A stretch of 64,000 nucleotides of DNA from Candidatus Caldarchaeum sp. (lineage in GTDB: Archaea > Thermoproteota > Nitrososphaeria_A > Caldarchaeales > Caldarchaeaceae): contig JAVQUC010000002.1 in NCBI GenBank assembly GCA_033580815.1, positions 91,150 to 155,149 on the forward strand, given 5' to 3'. The position numbers and the translations under genes are program-made. Every line of letters begins with the position of its first letter. Within the stretch, counting starts at the first letter, position 1. Positions 52,498 to 61,573 of the stretch are shown one piece after another. The notes beneath the pieces were generated by a model, which searched no databases, had not been told where the DNA came from, and worked only from the letters and a program-made list of their open reading frames with translations.

Positions 52498-53793
52498 ATG
52501 TCGGCGAAACCACATCTCAACCTGGTTGTCATAGGCCACGTGGACCACGGAAAATCGACGACGATGGGGCATTTCTTGTACAAGCTCGGAGCGATCGACG
52601 ACAGAACTCTGAAGACCTACGAGGAAGAGGCGAAGAAAATGGGGAAAGAGAGCTTCAAATACGCTTGGGTCCTCGACCGCATCAAGGAGGAGAGGGAACG
52701 AGGGCTGACGATTGACCTTGCCTTCCAGAAATTTGAAACAAAAAAGTATTACTTCACCCTCATCGACGCCCCCGGCCACAGAGACTTTGTCAAAAACATG
52801 ATTACGGGAGCCAGTCAAGCCGACGCCGCCGTACTCGTGGTTTCTGCGAAAAAGGGAGAGGCCGAAGTCGGCATAGCCCCCGGTGGGCAGACACGCGAGC
52901 ACGCATACCTCTCTTTCGTTCTGGGAATTCGCCAGCTGGTGGTTTTGATAAACAAAATGGACGACACATCGGTCAACTGGGCTAAGGAGAGGTTTGATGA
53001 GGTGAAGCAGATGGCGGGAGACCTCCTCAAGACAATCGGATACAACATCGCCAAAATCAACTTCATACCCGTGTCTGGATGGCTTGGCGATAACCTCACC
53101 GAAAGAAGCAAAAACATGGCTTGGTACACGGGACCGACTTTGCTGGAAGCGCTCGACCAGCTCGAAGAACCACCAAAACCCATCGACAAGCCGTTGAGAA
53201 TACCCATACAGGGTGTTTACTCGATTAAAGGTGTTGGCACAGTTCCTGTCGGCAGGGTCGAACAAGGCATTCTTAGGCCAGGAGAAATCGTCGCCATCTA
53301 TCCAGGCGGTTTGAAAGCAGAGGTAAAATCGATAGAGATGCATCATCAAGCTCTTCAGCAGGCCATTCCCGGTGACAACATCGGGTTTGCCTTAAAAGGA
53401 GTAGAGAAAAGCCAGCTTTCGAGGGGTATGGTCGTCACTCACCCAGATACACCTATACCAGTCGCTAAGGAATTTATCGGTCAGATCTACGTGATCTATC
53501 ATCCCACAGCGATAGCGGCGGGCTACACACCGGTACTCCACATCCACACCGCCCAAACAGCGGTCAAATTCACCGAGCTCATCCAAAAAATGGACCCAAG
53601 AACTGGCCAGGTAACCGAGAAGAACCCATCCTTCATCAAAACCGGAGACGTTGCTGTAGTTCGTCTGAGGCCGCTTACTCCTGTGGCGTTGGAACCGGCG
53701 AGCGTTTCACCGGAGCTTGGCAGGTTCGCGATAAGAGACAGCGGAATGACCGTGGCGGCCGGCGTAGTGAAAGAAATAACTGAATCCGGCTAA
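52498..53793 (+). CDS. tuf: Translation elongation factor EF-1alpha
   Basis: KPHLNLVVIGHVDHGKST, DAPGHRDF, NKMD. 431 aa from ATG 52498; the ORF track starts 4 codons upstream at GTG. Confidence 0.95.
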   Translation: MSAKPHLNLVVIGHVDHGKSTTMGHFLYKLGAIDDRTLKTYEEEAKKMGKESFKYAWVLDRIKEERERGLTIDLAFQKFETKKYYFTLIDAPGHRDFVKNMITGASQADAAVLVVSAKKGEAEVGIAPGGQTREHAYLSFVLGIRQLVVLINKMDDTSVNWAKERFDEVKQMAGDLLKTIGYNIAKINFIPVSGWLGDNLTERSKNMAWYTGPTLLEALDQLEEPPKPIDKPLRIPIQGVYSIKGVGTVPVGRVEQGILRPGEIVAIYPGGLKAEVKSIEMHHQALQQAIPGDNIGFALKGVEKSQLSRGMVVTHPDTPIPVAKEFIGQIYVIYHPTAIAAGYTPVLHIHTAQTAVKFTELIQKMDPRTGQVTEKNPSFIKTGDVAVVRLRPLTPVALEPASVSPELGRFAIRDSGMTVAAGVVKEITESG

Positions 53794-53799
53794 CACCCT

Positions 53800-54117
53800 C
53801 TATTTTGTCTGAACCTGCATCTCAATCGCGACGTCGTCGGGTATCTGGATCCGCATAATTTGTCGCATGACTCTTTGGTCTGTTATGCCGAGGTCGATGA
53901 GCCTCCGGTGTATCCTCATCTGGTGTTTCCTCCACGTTTTTGTTCCTTCACCGCACGGTGATTTGCGAGTTGGTAAAACGAGTCTCTTGACTGGAAGGGG
54001 TACTGGACCAGCTATCCGAGTTCCTGTTTTCTCCGCGATGTCTTTGATATCGTTGCATACCTGCTCGAGCTTGGTGAGGTTTGTGCTGGTGATTTTGATT
54101 CTGACCACCTGGGTCAT
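53800..54117 (-). CDS. rps10: 30S ribosomal protein S10 (uS10)
   Basis: RIKITSTNLTKLEQVCNDIKDIAEKTGTRIAGPVPLP...HRRLIDL. 105 aa. Confidence 0.93.
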   Translation of the reverse strand: MTQVVRIKITSTNLTKLEQVCNDIKDIAEKTGTRIAGPVPLPVKRLVLPTRKSPCGEGTKTWRKHQMRIHRRLIDLGITDQRVMRQIMRIQIPDDVAIEMQVQTK

Positions 54118-54165
54118 GGCTTGTTATCCTTCGCGAGACAGCTACTTCGAGGTAAAAAACTTAAC

Positions 54166-55014
54166 TTATTGGGACCTCTTCGTCACGTCGCTGTATCTAA
54201 ACTTTATCCATGCGGCAGTCAAAGGAACCGATGTGTAGGCCAGCAAGTTGACTAAGGCGAGCACGATGTTGTGTGAACCTACGCCTGCAAAGAAAAGCCC
54301 CATCCCAGGCGTGTTCAAATTTATGCCAATGCTGTTGAGTAGAACGGTTGATGTGATGCCTGCAGCGGCCCACGTAGGCAAATATCTAACGGCATAGAGA
54401 AGTGACGGATCGTTTCCTACGTTTGCCGCTATGTTTGCGTAAGTTTCCACCAACGCAGAGGCGAAAAAAACTGTTCCGCTTAAGACTGTCGACATCATGC
54501 TTCTCCTCAAGGCTTCGCCGAAAGCTAAGCCGACTGAGTAAAACGGCAACGCCGCCGCGAGAGATACCAACACCGCTGTCGGAAGGTTTTCGACCTTGGC
54601 CTGTGGTCCGAAGGCATACCATGCGATGGCCAACGATAGTAAAGAATACGTCAGTATGATTATGAAAAGCAACGCGATTCCACCGACTGTTTTCCCTAGG
54701 AAATGTTGGGCTCGGCTTATCGGCCTTGTGAACCAGTAATCTGCGGTTCCCGTTTCATATTCTTCGGCCGAGGTGGCCGAGCCGATGGTCAATGCGAGGA
54801 TGTGCAACAGGCCTGCTGAAGGCGCGATGATGCCGACGACCCAGACGACGTTTGAGAATGGGTTTAAAAGAGTGGGGGGTAATCTCGTGAGTACTAGGTA
54901 GATGCCGACTTCTAAAAGGAAGGTGACTCCGAGCAGAATCAGGATTCTCTTTCTAGCAAGGCTTTTCCTTAATTCATATTCTATCAGGGAGGTTAAGATT
55001 CTAACCGCCGACAT
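54166..55014 (-). CDS. ABC-2-type transporter permease
   Basis: 282 aa with 6 predicted TM helices. It overlaps the ATPase gene by 14 nt. Confidence 0.75.
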   Translation of the reverse strand: MSAVRILTSLIEYELRKSLARKRILILLGVTFLLEVGIYLVLTRLPPTLLNPFSNVVWVVGIIAPSAGLLHILALTIGSATSAEEYETGTADYWFTRPISRAQHFLGKTVGGIALLFIIILTYSLLSLAIAWYAFGPQAKVENLPTAVLVSLAAALPFYSVGLAFGEALRRSMMSTVLSGTVFFASALVETYANIAANVGNDPSLLYAVRYLPTWAAAGITSTVLLNSIGINLNTPGMGLFFAGVGSHNIVLALVNLLAYTSVPLTAAWIKFRYSDVTKRSQ

Positions 55015-55936
55015 GTTCTTTCACCTTTGCTATGAAAACGTCTTCGAGCGACCTCAGAACGAGTTTAAACTCTTTCAAACCATGGCCCGACACCACGATT
55101 GTTCTGGCTATTTCTTCACGTGGGTCGGTGGAGTTTGCGAGACGTATGAAAAGGGTTGTCCCGTCCGTTTGTACATCTTCCACACCCTGTATTCTTTTCA
55201 AAGCTGTAAGAAGCACGTCTTCGGCTGGTCGCCCTAGAGTCACAGAGACAATTTTCTTAGATGTCCGCAAGTTTTCCACAAGCTCTTCCAGAACCGTTCT
55301 GCCAAGGTAGATCATGCCGATTCGGTCCGCGAGTTTCTCGACCTCGTAAAGTTCGTGAGAAGAAAACAGAATTGTCTTCCCCATTTTTTTCAGTTCGTAC
55401 AGAACGTCGCGGATGTGGGCTCTTCCCACCGGGTCGACGCCGAGCATCGGCTCATCCAGAACCAGCAGAGGTGGGTCACCGATGAGGGCCTGCCCTATGG
55501 AAAGCCTCTGCAACATCCCCTTCGAGAAGTTACCCACCTTCCTTTTGGCGTGGTTGACGAGTCCCGTAAGCTCGAGAATTTGCCTGACCTCTTTGTCCGC
55601 TTCGTTTCCGTGAATTTTCTTCATGACGCAGGTTGTCTTAAGAAGCTTTTCAGCGGAGAAAAACGGCGGGAAAACTGGGATTTCCGGGGAGTAACCCACC
55701 AGATTGTTTACCTTCTCCGGTTGTTCGAAGGGGTCGAACTCAAAAACTCTAACATCGCCGGAGGAGGGCTTGAGCAGACCCAGCACCGCTCTCAGAGTCG
55801 TGGTTTTGCCGGAGCCGTTAGGCCCAACGAGACCGTAAACTTCATTCTTCCTTATGGTAAGAGAAACCGGCCCTACCTTAACCTTGTCACCATAGACTTT
55901 CGTCAACGAAGAGACTTTTACGACTTCGTTCATCAC
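55001..55936 (-). CDS. ABC transporter ATP-binding protein (ABC-2/CcmA-like, with C-terminal extension)
   Basis: Walker A GPNGSGKTT, signature FSKGMLQRL, Walker B LLVLDEP, H-loop SSHEL. Confidence 0.9.
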   Translation of the reverse strand: MMNEVVKVSSLTKVYGDKVKVGPVSLTIRKNEVYGLVGPNGSGKTTTLRAVLGLLKPSSGDVRVFEFDPFEQPEKVNNLVGYSPEIPVFPPFFSAEKLLKTTCVMKKIHGNEADKEVRQILELTGLVNHAKRKVGNFSKGMLQRLSIGQALIGDPPLLVLDEPMLGVDPVGRAHIRDVLYELKKMGKTILFSSHELYEVEKLADRIGMIYLGRTVLEELVENLRTSKKIVSVTLGRPAEDVLLTALKRIQGVEDVQTDGTTLFIRLANSTDPREEIARTIVVSGHGLKEFKLVLRSLEDVFIAKVKEHVGG

Positions 55937-56817
55937 ACGTAGTGTGCCTTCCTATGGCCGCTTTCAAAAGTTCTGCGTCCAAGCTTTACAGCCGCCAGAC
56001 CCACTGCTGCCAAAGTAGCCGCACCGACTATTCCAAACACTGCCACTCGTTCAGTTTGGTCGTTATTCGCCGATGCCGTTTTCGGTTTCACAACGTCAGC
56101 ATCAGCTTCTCGAACTGGGGCGAACGAAGACAAAACGTTATATTGGTTGAACAGCTGAGAATCTCCGGTAGTCGAAGCAAGCATCGCCGCCAAAGTTGTC
56201 GATAAACTACTGTTTGCGACTTCGGCCGTGAACTGAGTCAAATCAACGTTGCTGTCCTTTAGAAAGAGCGTGTATTCGACGGTTTTTCCTCCCGAACTAA
56301 GGCGTAAAAACAGGCTGTAGATGACGTTGGATTCTGCGATTGTTTCGGCTTTGCCTTCGATGTTGGTCGTGGAGTCGCGTTGTCTTGTAGTTGCCGATAT
56401 TCGGTAGACGTTTGTCTGATATGATATTCCGCCGACTGTTCGCTGGTTTTCACCGGTTTTGGAAACCGAAAGGCTGTAACTTATGTTTCCCCCTTCTTTC
56501 GTTATCCTGTATTCGCCCTCTAAGGACGCAAAGTCGATGATAGGAGGTTCGAAAAATCTGGATGGTAGGTTCTTCTCCACGAATGCGGTTCCGTCGTTAA
56601 AAGTTGCTTCATACCGGAGCCTGAGATTGCCGGAGCCCAGATTCTCGACGACTGACACGGTTAAGCTACCGGCGACAACTACGCTGTCGGAAGCAACGAC
56701 TTCGTAACCGTAACTGAAGAAAGAGCCTGTTTCCGGCTGAGCAGCCGCTCCTAACAGTACGCTAAGCACGACCATCGAGACCGATGCAACTGTTAAGGGT
56801 CTCCCGAGAAAATTCAT
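55933..56817 (-). CDS. Exported beta-rich protein with C-terminal TM anchor (unknown function)
   Basis: N-terminal signal/anchor MNFLGRPLTVASVSMVVLSVLLGAAAQP, a Ser/Thr/Asn-rich beta-like body, and C-terminal VAVFGIVGAATLAAVGLAAV followed by a basic tail. ATG 56817 lies about 26 nt from the TATATAAA box; the ORF track start is 56862. Confidence 0.6.
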   Translation of the reverse strand: MNFLGRPLTVASVSMVVLSVLLGAAAQPETGSFFSYGYEVVASDSVVVAGSLTVSVVENLGSGNLRLRYEATFNDGTAFVEKNLPSRFFEPPIIDFASLEGEYRITKEGGNISYSLSVSKTGENQRTVGGISYQTNVYRISATTRQRDSTTNIEGKAETIAESNVIYSLFLRLSSGGKTVEYTLFLKDSNVDLTQFTAEVANSSLSTTLAAMLASTTGDSQLFNQYNVLSSFAPVREADADVVKPKTASANNDQTERVAVFGIVGAATLAAVGLAAVKLGRRTFESGHRKAHYV

Positions 56818-56837
56818 ACCATTTCGTCTGCCGAACG

Positions 56838-56847
56838 CTATATAAAT
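56838..56847. promoter_or_regulatory. TATA box (CTATATAAAT) in the divergent spacer
   Basis: It lies between the minus-strand ATG 56817 and the plus-strand ATGs 56882/56900. It is the only strong AT element in the spacer, so it may serve one or both directions. Confidence 0.35.
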
Positions 56848-56881
56848 CTGCGCGATGTTCAACCATTTATACGATCACTGC

Positions 56882-58297
56882 ATGAAGGGGTCGTTAGAAA
56901 TGGGAACAGATAGCCTTGAGGACTTGAGACAAGATACGCGTAGGCTCGCGGTGGAGATTGTCAGGCTTTTGGCGACGCGGAGAGAGTTTGTGAAGAAAAT
57001 TGGGGAGATCAAGCGTTCGATGGGCGCGGATGTTGTGCAGCCTTCCGTGGAAGCTGCGGTGCGGCAAGCCATGATGGAGGAGGCTGAGAAGTACGGAATC
57101 CCGCATGAAACGGTTCAGCGTCTTGCAACGGTGATTTTCTCAGACGCCGTCGAACTTCAGCTTAAGCCAAAATCCAGTCTTACGCACTTCGACATCCTCC
57201 GGAGAGCAGTAGAACTCCAGCGAGGGGGCTATGAAGTGCAACGACTCGAAGTGGGCGAGCCAGACTTAGGAGCGCCGACGGAAGTAAGACAATCGGTTGC
57301 CGAAGCAGTGCTGGGAGGATTCGCGAGGTACGTTGATTCGAGGGGAATATCGGAACTCCGGTCAATGCTCGCTAAACATCTCTTCGAGAAATACGGCGTC
57401 GAAATCAACCCGAACAACATCATCGTTACTCCGGGGGGAAGGTTCGCGATATACGCAGCCGTCAGGACACTTCTCCGCGAAGGCGATGAGCTGCTCGTCA
57501 TCGACCCGTCGTGGCCGATGTACAGGCAGGTCTGTGCATTTGTCGGTGCGCGTTCCGTTCACGTGAAAACCAGTCTCAAAGACGGTTGGACACCAAAACT
57601 CGAGGACATCGAAAAACACATCAGCCCGGCGACCAAGGCTCTTGTTCTAAACTATCCCAACAACCCGACGGGAAAGATCATCGACCGAAAGACCTTCGAC
57701 AAAATCGTAGAACTCGCCGAACAGAAAAACATCACCGTCATCAGCGACGAAGTTTACGCCGACTATGTCAAGGATTCGCACGTGAGCATCCTAGGCAGAG
57801 GAAACTTAAAACATGTACTGGTTCAGTCCTTCTCGAAAAGCTACGGAATGACAGGCTATCGAATAGGATACGTAGTCGCCGACGAAGCACTAATCGCTAA
57901 GATGGCGTCAGTTTTGAGCTTGATAATGACATGCGTCCCGGAGTTCATCCAGCACGGTGCTCTGACCGCACTTTCTTTGAGGGAGGCTCCCAAACAATAC
58001 GCAGAAATAATGATGAAGAGAATGGAGATAGCTGTTCGCGAGCTTGAGAAGATAAACGTCGAGTTTTACAGGCCGGATGGAGGAATGTATGTCTTCCCTA
58101 GAATCGGGTCGGAAAACGTCGACGGAATCAATCTGGCGTTTGAGCTGCTTGAGTCGAAAGGTGTTGCAGTTGCTCCCGGCTCAATATTCGGTGGTTACGA
58201 TGACTTCGTAAGAATTTCGTTGGGAGCTCCGGAGCAGTCGATAGCCAAGGGGATAAGGCTGCTGGGAGAATTTCTGAAGGAAAAGGGAAGGGCGTAG
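56882..58297 (+). CDS. Fusion protein: AroQ-type chorismate mutase domain plus class I/II aminotransferase
   Basis: The N-terminal ~90 aa (LEDLRQDTRRLAVEIVRLLATRREFVKKIGEIKR...IFSDAVELQ) match the CM type II helix bundle. The remainder is an aspartate/aromatic aminotransferase (LEVGEPDLGAP, NYPNNPTG, SFSKSYGMTGYRIGY with the PLP lysine). The start is 56882 or 56900. Confidence 0.8.
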   Translation: MKGSLEMGTDSLEDLRQDTRRLAVEIVRLLATRREFVKKIGEIKRSMGADVVQPSVEAAVRQAMMEEAEKYGIPHETVQRLATVIFSDAVELQLKPKSSLTHFDILRRAVELQRGGYEVQRLEVGEPDLGAPTEVRQSVAEAVLGGFARYVDSRGISELRSMLAKHLFEKYGVEINPNNIIVTPGGRFAIYAAVRTLLREGDELLVIDPSWPMYRQVCAFVGARSVHVKTSLKDGWTPKLEDIEKHISPATKALVLNYPNNPTGKIIDRKTFDKIVELAEQKNITVISDEVYADYVKDSHVSILGRGNLKHVLVQSFSKSYGMTGYRIGYVVADEALIAKMASVLSLIMTCVPEFIQHGALTALSLREAPKQYAEIMMKRMEIAVRELEKINVEFYRPDGGMYVFPRIGSENVDGINLAFELLESKGVAVAPGSIFGGYDDFVRISLGAPEQSIAKGIRLLGEFLKEKGRA

Positions 58298-59160
58298 TGC
58301 AGACGTTAGGGGCCGCCGTGATCGGCGCGGGTCCCATGGGCCTCTGGACCGCTAACCATTTGGCCAGAAGAGGCTATTCGGTAAGAGTTTACGACATAAA
58401 AGGAGAGAAGATCAACAATATTCCTAGAACGGGCAGGGTATCTGCTGCGGAGAACTTCGAAGAAGCAGTCAAACATGGTTCGGTCATCTTTTCGGCTGTC
58501 GGAACGAAAAATAGCTCGACAGTCATTAGAAAAATCATCACGAACCATCAAGAAAAAATAGTCGTCGACATTTCTTCGGTGAAGACACCCGTCGTCAAAT
58601 CGCTCGAAAAAGTGACGACACGAAACAACCTGGTAGTCTTAACTCATCCTCTCTTTGGTCCTGGGACGAAGAAACTCGAGGACAAGACCGTCCTTTTCGT
58701 TCCTTTCAGAAAAAAAGCCTCTGAGTACAGAATTTGTAAAGCTCTGTTTTCGCCATGTAGAATCGTTACTGTTTCCGCCGCACAGCACGACAGAATGATG
58801 GCAGCAGCGATGGCCTTGCCAAGGGCCTTTCTTCTGACGATGCTCGACGTCTGGAGAAGGGCCGGAGTCGAAGATCTAACCTTCAGCCAGAGAGCCATCC
58901 GTTTGGCGGCCTCCACGATACTTACTGAAAACCCATCCCTCGCAGTGGAGATAATCGCCTATAACCCTTATTCGACGTTAACAATCAAGCAAGCTCTCAC
59001 GAGTGTGAAGAAGATGGTCCAAAACCCTTCTGAAAACATCAAGAACATATACACTCGTCTAAAGACTAAAACCCAAAAGCGGGAATACATCCAGATCTAC
59101 TCTCTCCTGGAAAAGTCTATGGGAGTAGTGAAAAAGAAATATGCGGGAGACTCTTCTTGA
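58297..59160 (+). CDS. tyrA: Prephenate/arogenate dehydrogenase
   Basis: Rossmann VIGAGPMGLW, plus THPLFGP and AAQHDRMMAA motifs. The GTG start overlaps the upstream TAG by 1 nt. Confidence 0.82.
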   Translation: MQTLGAAVIGAGPMGLWTANHLARRGYSVRVYDIKGEKINNIPRTGRVSAAENFEEAVKHGSVIFSAVGTKNSSTVIRKIITNHQEKIVVDISSVKTPVVKSLEKVTTRNNLVVLTHPLFGPGTKKLEDKTVLFVPFRKKASEYRICKALFSPCRIVTVSAAQHDRMMAAAMALPRAFLLTMLDVWRRAGVEDLTFSQRAIRLAASTILTENPSLAVEIIAYNPYSTLTIKQALTSVKKMVQNPSENIKNIYTRLKTKTQKREYIQIYSLLEKSMGVVKKKYAGDSS

Positions 59161-59705
59161 CTTGCGGTATGCGGACGGATGACCTTTTGTCCAAAATTTA
59201 TTCGAAGAGAGAAACGAGGGAATTTCTTGAGATGCAGGTGTCTGATGAACTGGTTACCAAGGTATTAGAGGCGGGAAGGCTTGCGGGAAGCGCGAAGAAT
59301 CGTCAACCCTGGGTTTTCATCCTCGTCCGTGAAAAAGCAAACCTCGAAAAGCTGTCTGAGTTTGGACATCATGCTCAGCATCTTCCAAGAGCTGCTTTCG
59401 CCGTCGTGATAGCGGTTCCAGACACGTACGTGCAGGATCGGTTTGATGCGGGTAGGGCCGCGCAGAACATGATGCTTGCGGCTCACGTGCTCGGGTTGGG
59501 TTCATGTCCGATAACCTTGCATGAGGAGGAGGAAGCGAAACAGTTCTTGGGTCTGCCGCCTGAACTCAGGATAGCGGTCTGCATAGCTTTCGGATACCCC
59601 AAGCCAGTCAAGAGAAAAGGCCGTGTCATCCGAAAACCGCTCGAGCAAATTCTTCATGTAGAAAAATACGGTAAACCAAGTGGTGGTGCGAGTTTAACTT
59701 TTTAG
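59157..59705 (+). CDS. Nitroreductase-family flavoprotein
   Basis: 182 aa with AGSAKNRQPWVF and QNMMLAAHVLGLGSCP, typical of the family. It overlaps the tyrA stop by 4 nt. Confidence 0.8.
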   Translation: MTCGMRTDDLLSKIYSKRETREFLEMQVSDELVTKVLEAGRLAGSAKNRQPWVFILVREKANLEKLSEFGHHAQHLPRAAFAVVIAVPDTYVQDRFDAGRAAQNMMLAAHVLGLGSCPITLHEEEEAKQFLGLPPELRIAVCIAFGYPKPVKRKGRVIRKPLEQILHVEKYGKPSGGASLTF

Positions 59706-59753
59706 ACAGGCCGAACATCAATAGAATTGCGGAAGTTGTGTCGGTGAATAGTT

Positions 59754-59836
59754 GCCGGGGTCCCCAAGCCTGGTATGGGGCTGGTCTGCTAAACCAGTGG
59801 CCTCTGGCCGCGCGGGTTCAAATCCCGCCCCCGGCG
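59754..59836 (+). tRNA. tRNA-Ser (GCT)
   Basis: GCCGGGG...CCCCGGC-G acceptor, anticodon arm CTGGT-CTGCTAA-ACCAG, long variable arm TGGCCTCTGGCCGC, T-loop GGTTCAAATCC. Confidence 0.88.
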
Positions 59837-60264
59837 TCCTCACGCATTCTCAGAATCTCTTTTATCTCATTCGCGACCTTCCTGCATGCCTTTTCAACTT
59901 CCTCAGAAAGCTGTTCTCCGTACCGGAAATCCTTTCCCTCGATACCAAAAATCAAAACTTCACCTGAAAACGTGGCTGTTTCCAAAAGCAACGCCACTAT
60001 GTCTTTGAGTGAGATTCCATGGGTTGAAAAGGCTCGGGTAGCATCCTTCCCGATGTCTGGTAGTCGTAATCGATGAATTGTTCCGGGACGCCCTCTGTTT
60101 TCTACTGCGTCGACGATGATGAGCAGTTGAACTTCTTCAGATAATTGATTTAACAGCTCGGCCGGGGCACGAGCGACGACAAGTTCGGGAATGTCTCCGA
60201 GGAGCTCAGCAACCCTGAAACCGGCTCCGTCATCACTCCTCAACCTATTGCCCAGACAAACCAC
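59818..60264 (-). CDS. NiFe-hydrogenase maturation endopeptidase (HycI/HybD family)
   Basis: VVCLGNRLRSDDGAGFRV, IIVDAV and STHGISL motifs. GTG 60264 lies 17 nt after the large-subunit stop. The ORF track's 49-codon upstream extension lies inside hydA. Confidence 0.8.
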   Translation of the reverse strand: MVCLGNRLRSDDGAGFRVAELLGDIPELVVARAPAELLNQLSEEVQLLIIVDAVENRGRPGTIHRLRLPDIGKDATRAFSTHGISLKDIVALLLETATFSGEVLIFGIEGKDFRYGEQLSEEVEKACRKVANEIKEILRMREDAGGGI

Positions 60265-60280
60265 CTTCAGCTTGGTCGCG

Positions 60281-61573
60281 CTACTGCTCTTCGTCAATGG
60301 TGAGTTTGAGGAAATGTGTTGCGCATGAGATGCATGGGTCGTAGTTCCTGATGGCCTGTTCGAAACGCCATAGGGCTTTTTCTTTCGGGAGCTTGATGAG
60401 CTTAGGCGCAAGCGCTCTTAGGTCGTCTTCGATTCTTTTCTGGTTTTGGGAAGTAGGCGCCACTATTTTTGCCGAAGTAACTCTTCCTTCCGAGTCGACG
60501 TCATAGCGGTGGTACAAAATTCCCCGCGGTGCTTCGGTGCAGCCATGTCCCCTACCAGCTCTAACCGTGAACTCAGCACGGGGCTTAGACGGTTCGCGAT
60601 AATCATCGATTATCCTCAAAGCCTCTCCGAAAGCATAGACAGTTTCCGCGAGCCTCGCCACGATGCTTTTGAACGGGTTTCTGCAAGGAATTTTAAAGCC
60701 GACTTCCTTCAGCTTCTCTCTGGTGTAGTCATCTAGCTTGTCGTAGTTGATGTTGATTCGGGCCAAAGGCCCCACAAGGTACGAGCCTCTTCCGATGATG
60801 TAGGAATGGAGAGCGTTGGCGTACGGTACCTGCTCCTCGGCAAAATGGTCTTCATATTCTTCAACTTCTATGTCCAGCCCCTTGTTCGAAACTATTCTCC
60901 CTTCGTTGAACGGATATTCAGTGGGATGCCGCAGGGCGACGAATTCGTAATCCTGCTCAAACTCGGGGAAATTCAGCTCCGAGACCCATTCGAGAAGTTC
61001 AGTCGAAAGCTGCAATCCTTCCTTCAGCACCGGCTTTAACGTCTCGAGCTCACGTCGCGTAAACAGACGATAAAACCCTCCAACACAAGCAGAAACAGGA
61101 TGTATTTCCCTTCCACCGATGAAGGCTACGATTTCGTTACCAATTTTTTTGGCCTTAAGGGCTTTTTTCACGATTTCGGGATGGCGCTTGGTCATCTGTA
61201 GGGCGTCGTCGTATCCAAGGAAGTCAGGCGCGTGCAGTAAGAACGCATGCAGTAGATGACTTTCTATCCATTCTCCGCAGTAGAACAGCCTGCGAAGTGC
61301 GCGTATCGGCGGCTCAATTTTGACATCGAATATCTTTTCCAAGGCGTGGATCGAGCTCATTTGGTATGCTACGGGGCAGATTCCGCAAATGCGGGCGGTT
61401 ATGTCGGGCACGTCGTAGTACATCCTACCTAACAGAAACGCTTCGAAAAGACGCGGGGGCTCGAAAATCTTGAGCTTCAAGTCGACGACCTCCCCTTTCT
61501 TCGTCTTAATGTAGAGCGATGCTTCGCCTTCAACGCGGGCGAGATAATCTACTTTATAGGTTCTCTCGGTCAA
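60281..61573 (-). CDS. hydA: NiFe-hydrogenase large subunit, group 3b (sulfhydrogenase alpha) type
   Basis: N-terminal Ni-binding [10 protein letters not shown] and C-terminal DPCISCATH followed by a short cleavable tail. 430 aa, matching the alpha subunit of Pyrococcus-type sulfhydrogenase. Confidence 0.88.
   Translation of the reverse strand: MTERTYKVDYLARVEGEASLYIKTKKGEVVDLKLKIFEPPRLFEAFLLGRMYYDVPDITARICGICPVAYQMSSIHALEKIFDVKIEPPIRALRRLFYCGEWIESHLLHAFLLHAPDFLGYDDALQMTKRHPEIVKKALKAKKIGNEIVAFIGGREIHPVSACVGGFYRLFTRRELETLKPVLKEGLQLSTELLEWVSELNFPEFEQDYEFVALRHPTEYPFNEGRIVSNKGLDIEVEEYEDHFAEEQVPYANALHSYIIGRGSYLVGPLARININYDKLDDYTREKLKEVGFKIPCRNPFKSIVARLAETVYAFGEALRIIDDYREPSKPRAEFTVRAGRGHGCTEAPRGILYHRYDVDSEGRVTSAKIVAPTSQNQKRIEDDLRALAPKLIKLPKEKALWRFEQAIRNYDPCISCATHFLKLTIDEEQ

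Noticed and set aside
52492-53349. 285-aa ORF antisense to the EF-1alpha gene
   Set aside because: It lies entirely within and opposite a very strongly supported conserved gene. The product is low-complexity, Arg/Val/Phe-rich, with no motif. This is a typical shadow ORF of a GC-balanced coding region.
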